Origin: Patescibacteria group bacterium
GTDB lineage: Bacteria > Patescibacteriota > Saccharimonadia > Saccharimonadales > CAIOMD01
DNA length: 35,042 nucleotides
NCBI GenBank assembly: GCA_030917025.1
Contig: JAUPVN010000072.1
Coordinates: forward strand, 1-35,042
Direction of reading: 5' to 3'
Shown here: positions 32,541 through 35,042 of the stretch, piece after piece
Layout: each line of letters starts with the position of its first letter
Numbering within the stretch: position 1 is the first letter of the stretch
Notes under the pieces: model-generated
The model's input: the letters and a program-made list of their open reading frames with translations, nothing else
Database searches by the model: none
What the model was told of the DNA's origin: nothing
Made by a program: the position numbers and the translations under genes

Positions 32541-32564
32541 ATAGGTTTATAAGGAGATAAAATT

Positions 32565-33059
32565 ATGGCTATGAAAAGGTTTTTGGTAAAAAGTAAGCTA
32601 GGGTTGGGGCGGGACTTTTCTGTTTTTGATGATGAAGAAGCAACAAATAAAGTATACTTTATTGATGCAAAAATAGGTTTTGGCACAAAAGCAGATATAA
32701 AAGACACCAACGATAATATTTTGTATACTGCAAAAGGCAAAATAATTAATATTCCAAGGCGAATGGAATTTTTTACACCAGATGGTAATGTGGCCGCAAA
32801 GCTAACTGCACGGTTTTCTCCAATAAAATCTCGCTTAACAATGGAGCTATCAAATGGCCAAGTTTGGGAGCTTTCCGGTAATTTTATGGGCAAGAACTAT
32901 ACCGTAATGCAAGGTGATACTAAAATTATAGAAATTAATCAAAAATGGCTAACTTTGCGTGATAAATATTTTGTAGAAATTGATGACAGCGTAGATACGG
33001 CACTTGCGCTTGGGCTAGTTTGGGCAGTAGATATTTGGCGCGAAGGCAAAAACAACTAA
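32565..33059 (+). CDS. LURP-one-related (LOR/DUF567) tubby-C-terminal-like protein
   Basis: The 164-aa ORF shows an alternating beta-strand pattern, with FSVFDDEE...VYFIDAK, YTAKGKII and a C-terminal helix ALALGLVWAVD typical of the family. An AAGGAG Shine-Dalgarno lies upstream. Confidence 0.68.
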   Translation: MAMKRFLVKSKLGLGRDFSVFDDEEATNKVYFIDAKIGFGTKADIKDTNDNILYTAKGKIINIPRRMEFFTPDGNVAAKLTARFSPIKSRLTMELSNGQVWELSGNFMGKNYTVMQGDTKIIEINQKWLTLRDKYFVEIDDSVDTALALGLVWAVDIWREGKNN

Positions 33060-33085
33060 ACACAACCACCACAAAATAGTAGATT

Positions 33086-34099
33086 ATGACAAATGTAATA
33101 AACAATAATTACTTAATATCAAAAAAAGCTCGCGATGCTGTAGCTGATGTTTTAGGTTATGAAATTGAAAAGCTGCAGATTAAACCCGTTAGTGGTGGGT
33201 ATTCTCGTAATAGGCGTTCAGTAGTAGGCCGAGATGATACTTGGGTTTTTGTAAAAGAAGTTGACACAACTTTATTGCCAAACGGCGGAAAAGAAGAAAA
33301 ATGGTGGTTAAAAAAAGATAATTTATGCGTAGGGGCTTTAAACAAAATAGCCCCCGAATTTGTGCCAGAATGGTCGCGTCTTGAGTTGGGCGGGCACGTA
33401 TTAATTATGCCAGCTTATATAAAAGAAGATGGTTGGCTATGGCAATTGCCCAAATATATAAAATTACAAAATAAATATATTGAGGCAGTATTGAACGTAA
33501 CAAAAAAGCTTGAGACCGTTAACTTTAAAGATTCAGAAATCAAAAAAATGCAATTGCAAACATATTTTAGAGATAAGATAGGTTACGATGAAGGATTTGA
33601 CCAAATTATTAAATCTAAAACTGTTAGGAATAAGCTTTTAGAAAAATTTGTTTCACTTAAAAACGAATATCCAGAATCTGACCAATTAAAGTATGACCAA
33701 GTTATCATTTTACTTAATAATAAAAATGAGCAAAAAGAGTTAAAAAATATTGCTACAAATCTTACGAAACAACCAAATGATTGTTTTGGCCTTTGTGATG
33801 TTAGAAGTGATAATATTGCTTATAATACTAATACCGGCCAAATTAAATTAGTTGACTGGAACTGGGCATCTTTTACTCCAAATAATTTTGGATCAACCGA
33901 GTTTCTTATAGATATGGCTAGGCAAGGTGTTGATATTAAAGCTTGGTTTAATAGTATAAATATTGAATTACTTGTTACATTAATTGGTTATTGGCTAAAG
34001 TCTTGCATTAATAAGCCACTTGCCCCCGGTAACAATTTGCGCGATATGCAAGCCATTTCTGCCGCTAACGCATTAAGCATATACAATTTAATAAAATAG
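33086..34099 (+). CDS. Protein-kinase-like/aminoglycoside-phosphotransferase-fold protein, substrate unknown
   Basis: It has an N-lobe-like SGGYSRNRRSVV...WVFVKEV, a catalytic-loop-like CDVRSDNI (Asp and Asn conserved, the usual His absent), and a DxD-like KLVDWNWA. Confidence 0.5.
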   Translation: MTNVINNNYLISKKARDAVADVLGYEIEKLQIKPVSGGYSRNRRSVVGRDDTWVFVKEVDTTLLPNGGKEEKWWLKKDNLCVGALNKIAPEFVPEWSRLELGGHVLIMPAYIKEDGWLWQLPKYIKLQNKYIEAVLNVTKKLETVNFKDSEIKKMQLQTYFRDKIGYDEGFDQIIKSKTVRNKLLEKFVSLKNEYPESDQLKYDQVIILLNNKNEQKELKNIATNLTKQPNDCFGLCDVRSDNIAYNTNTGQIKLVDWNWASFTPNNFGSTEFLIDMARQGVDIKAWFNSINIELLVTLIGYWLKSCINKPLAPGNNLRDMQAISAANALSIYNLIK

Positions 34100-34348
34100 A
34101 TACTTAATTTTTGTGAATTTGTTGGGCTTCTTGTAGGAGTTTTAGTACCAATGTATCTATTGGGTAGATTGATAATTATAATATCTTTTGGTCTAATACA
34201 AACGCATATAGCCGTGTATTTTGCTAGTTGTAGTTAGCTCGGTTTGAGCAGTGTTTCAAATTGAATCGTGAGTTTTAGTATGTTCTCACTGTTCTTTATT
34301 ATATATTCGCGCGGGTCTTGAGCGTGAGCAGATAGTTTATAGCAGCTA

Positions 34349-35002
34349 TTATTTATTAGATTCGATGCTTTTTTTGGTTTTAACGTTAAAGAATCTTATA
34401 GATGCAAACAAAACAATGTATGATGCATATGTGCAGAGTGTGGCGATTATCATAATTCCACTAACTTGATTTGGGCTTTGGTTAACAGTACCTGCTCCGT
34501 TTGTAAGTAAAGAAAAGTCCCATAAGGCGTGTAAGACCATAGTAACCCATAAAAAGCCCGTTTTTCTAAAAATTGCGTAATATACACCACCAGCCAAAAA
34601 GGTAAATACAACTTGCATAACGGTGGTTTTAATATCTTGGCCATTTAATATGTTTAGACTATGCATTAGCCCAAAAGCTAATGAGGTAATTAAAAAGACC
34701 TTAATTTCTGTAAAGCCAGAGCCGCGGGCGCCTCTTAATAGTAAACCTCTTGTCATTAGTTCTTCTGAATAGCCTACTAGGGCAGTAGCAATGGCTGCAT
34801 AAATTATAAATGTTGTACCAAGGCTACCAATGTCTCCAGATACAAAGTTAATAATTGTGCCAATAATGGCAAAAACTACAAGTAGATTTATCCAGTTGTG
34901 CCCTTGAATTTTAAATTTATCTTTAAAGACATCTTTATACCAGCCGCTCCACAGAGCAAATAAAGTTAAAAATATTGATGATAAAGCTACGGGCATTAGC
35001 AC
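34349..35002 (-). CDS. CPBP (CAAX) family intramembrane glutamic endopeptidase
   Basis: Motif 1 is EELMTRG, motif 2 is FGLMHS and motif 3 is HALWDF, in a polytopic membrane protein. The reading frame stays open upstream to the window edge, so the true start may lie beyond 35042. Confidence 0.8.
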   Translation of the reverse strand: MLMPVALSSIFLTLFALWSGWYKDVFKDKFKIQGHNWINLLVVFAIIGTIINFVSGDIGSLGTTFIIYAAIATALVGYSEELMTRGLLLRGARGSGFTEIKVFLITSLAFGLMHSLNILNGQDIKTTVMQVVFTFLAGGVYYAIFRKTGFLWVTMVLHALWDFSLLTNGAGTVNQSPNQVSGIMIIATLCTYASYIVLFASIRFFNVKTKKSIESNK

Positions 35003-35042
35003 ACCTTTTAAAAGGTTATTGCTATTTTTAGTAATCTCGGTA

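Noticed and set aside
32471-32893. A 140-aa minus-strand ORF overlapping the LOR-family gene and the upstream hairpin region.
   Set aside because: It is antisense to a well-supported gene with a strong Shine-Dalgarno. It has no recognisable domain and spans the structured intergenic region. It is most likely a shadow ORF.

Overview
All calls come from reading the sequence and recognising motifs; no BLAST, HMM or RNA-folding search was run. The window is a gene-dense, low-GC bacterial chromosome segment. Hand counts of sampled 60-nt lines give about 27-35% GC outside the island described in block 6. Many start and stop codons abut or overlap. The gene content suggests a small-genome, monoderm-style organism, possibly CPR/Saccharibacteria-like, but that is only a guess.

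The window divides into seven blocks:
1. 1-4194: nucleotide-sugar genes, namely rmlD (partial), rmlC and rmlB, then a divergent ManC-like pyrophosphorylase and a phosphomannomutase/phosphoglucomutase.
2. 4248-13646, all minus strand: a receiver-only response regulator, pilB, pilC, four prepilins with a canonical G|FTLIE motif, a PilX/ComGG-like protein, and a 940-aa sensor kinase. One prepilin is a 478-aa fusion to an LVIVD beta-propeller and another is the major pilin. The kinase N-terminus is a ferredoxin-NADP-reductase-like flavin domain, and its GGGVG NAD(P)-binding motif is encoded by an 11-nt G homopolymer.
3. 13794-16740: a HerA/FtsK/VirD4-superfamily P-loop ATPase followed by an uncharacterised Cys-rich repeat protein.
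4. 16715-21219: glycan assembly genes (GT4, an initiating phosphoglycosyltransferase, a Wzy_C/O-antigen-ligase-like protein, GtrA).
5. 21221-22849: a protein with only the LexA DNA-binding domain, and two membrane proteins.
6. 23015-32340: tRNA-Asn(GTT) followed directly by about 9 kb of visibly higher GC (sampled lines about 48-57%). It carries a CsoR/RcnR-family repressor with its operator, a CopB-type (CPH) P1B ATPase, exported accessory proteins including DUF305, a large serine recombinase, a truncated DUF4268 gene, an ArsR/thioredoxin-like/permease operon, a membrane protein, a NUDIX hydrolase and an unlisted 52-aa Trp-rich membrane ORF. I read this as a horizontally acquired mosaic metal-resistance island.
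7. 32355-35042: native-looking low-GC DNA with a promoter, long hairpin and terminator (candidate sRNA or leader), a LURP-one-related/tubby-like protein, a kinase-fold protein and a CPBP intramembrane protease.

No CRISPR array, rRNA or transposase-type IS element was seen.
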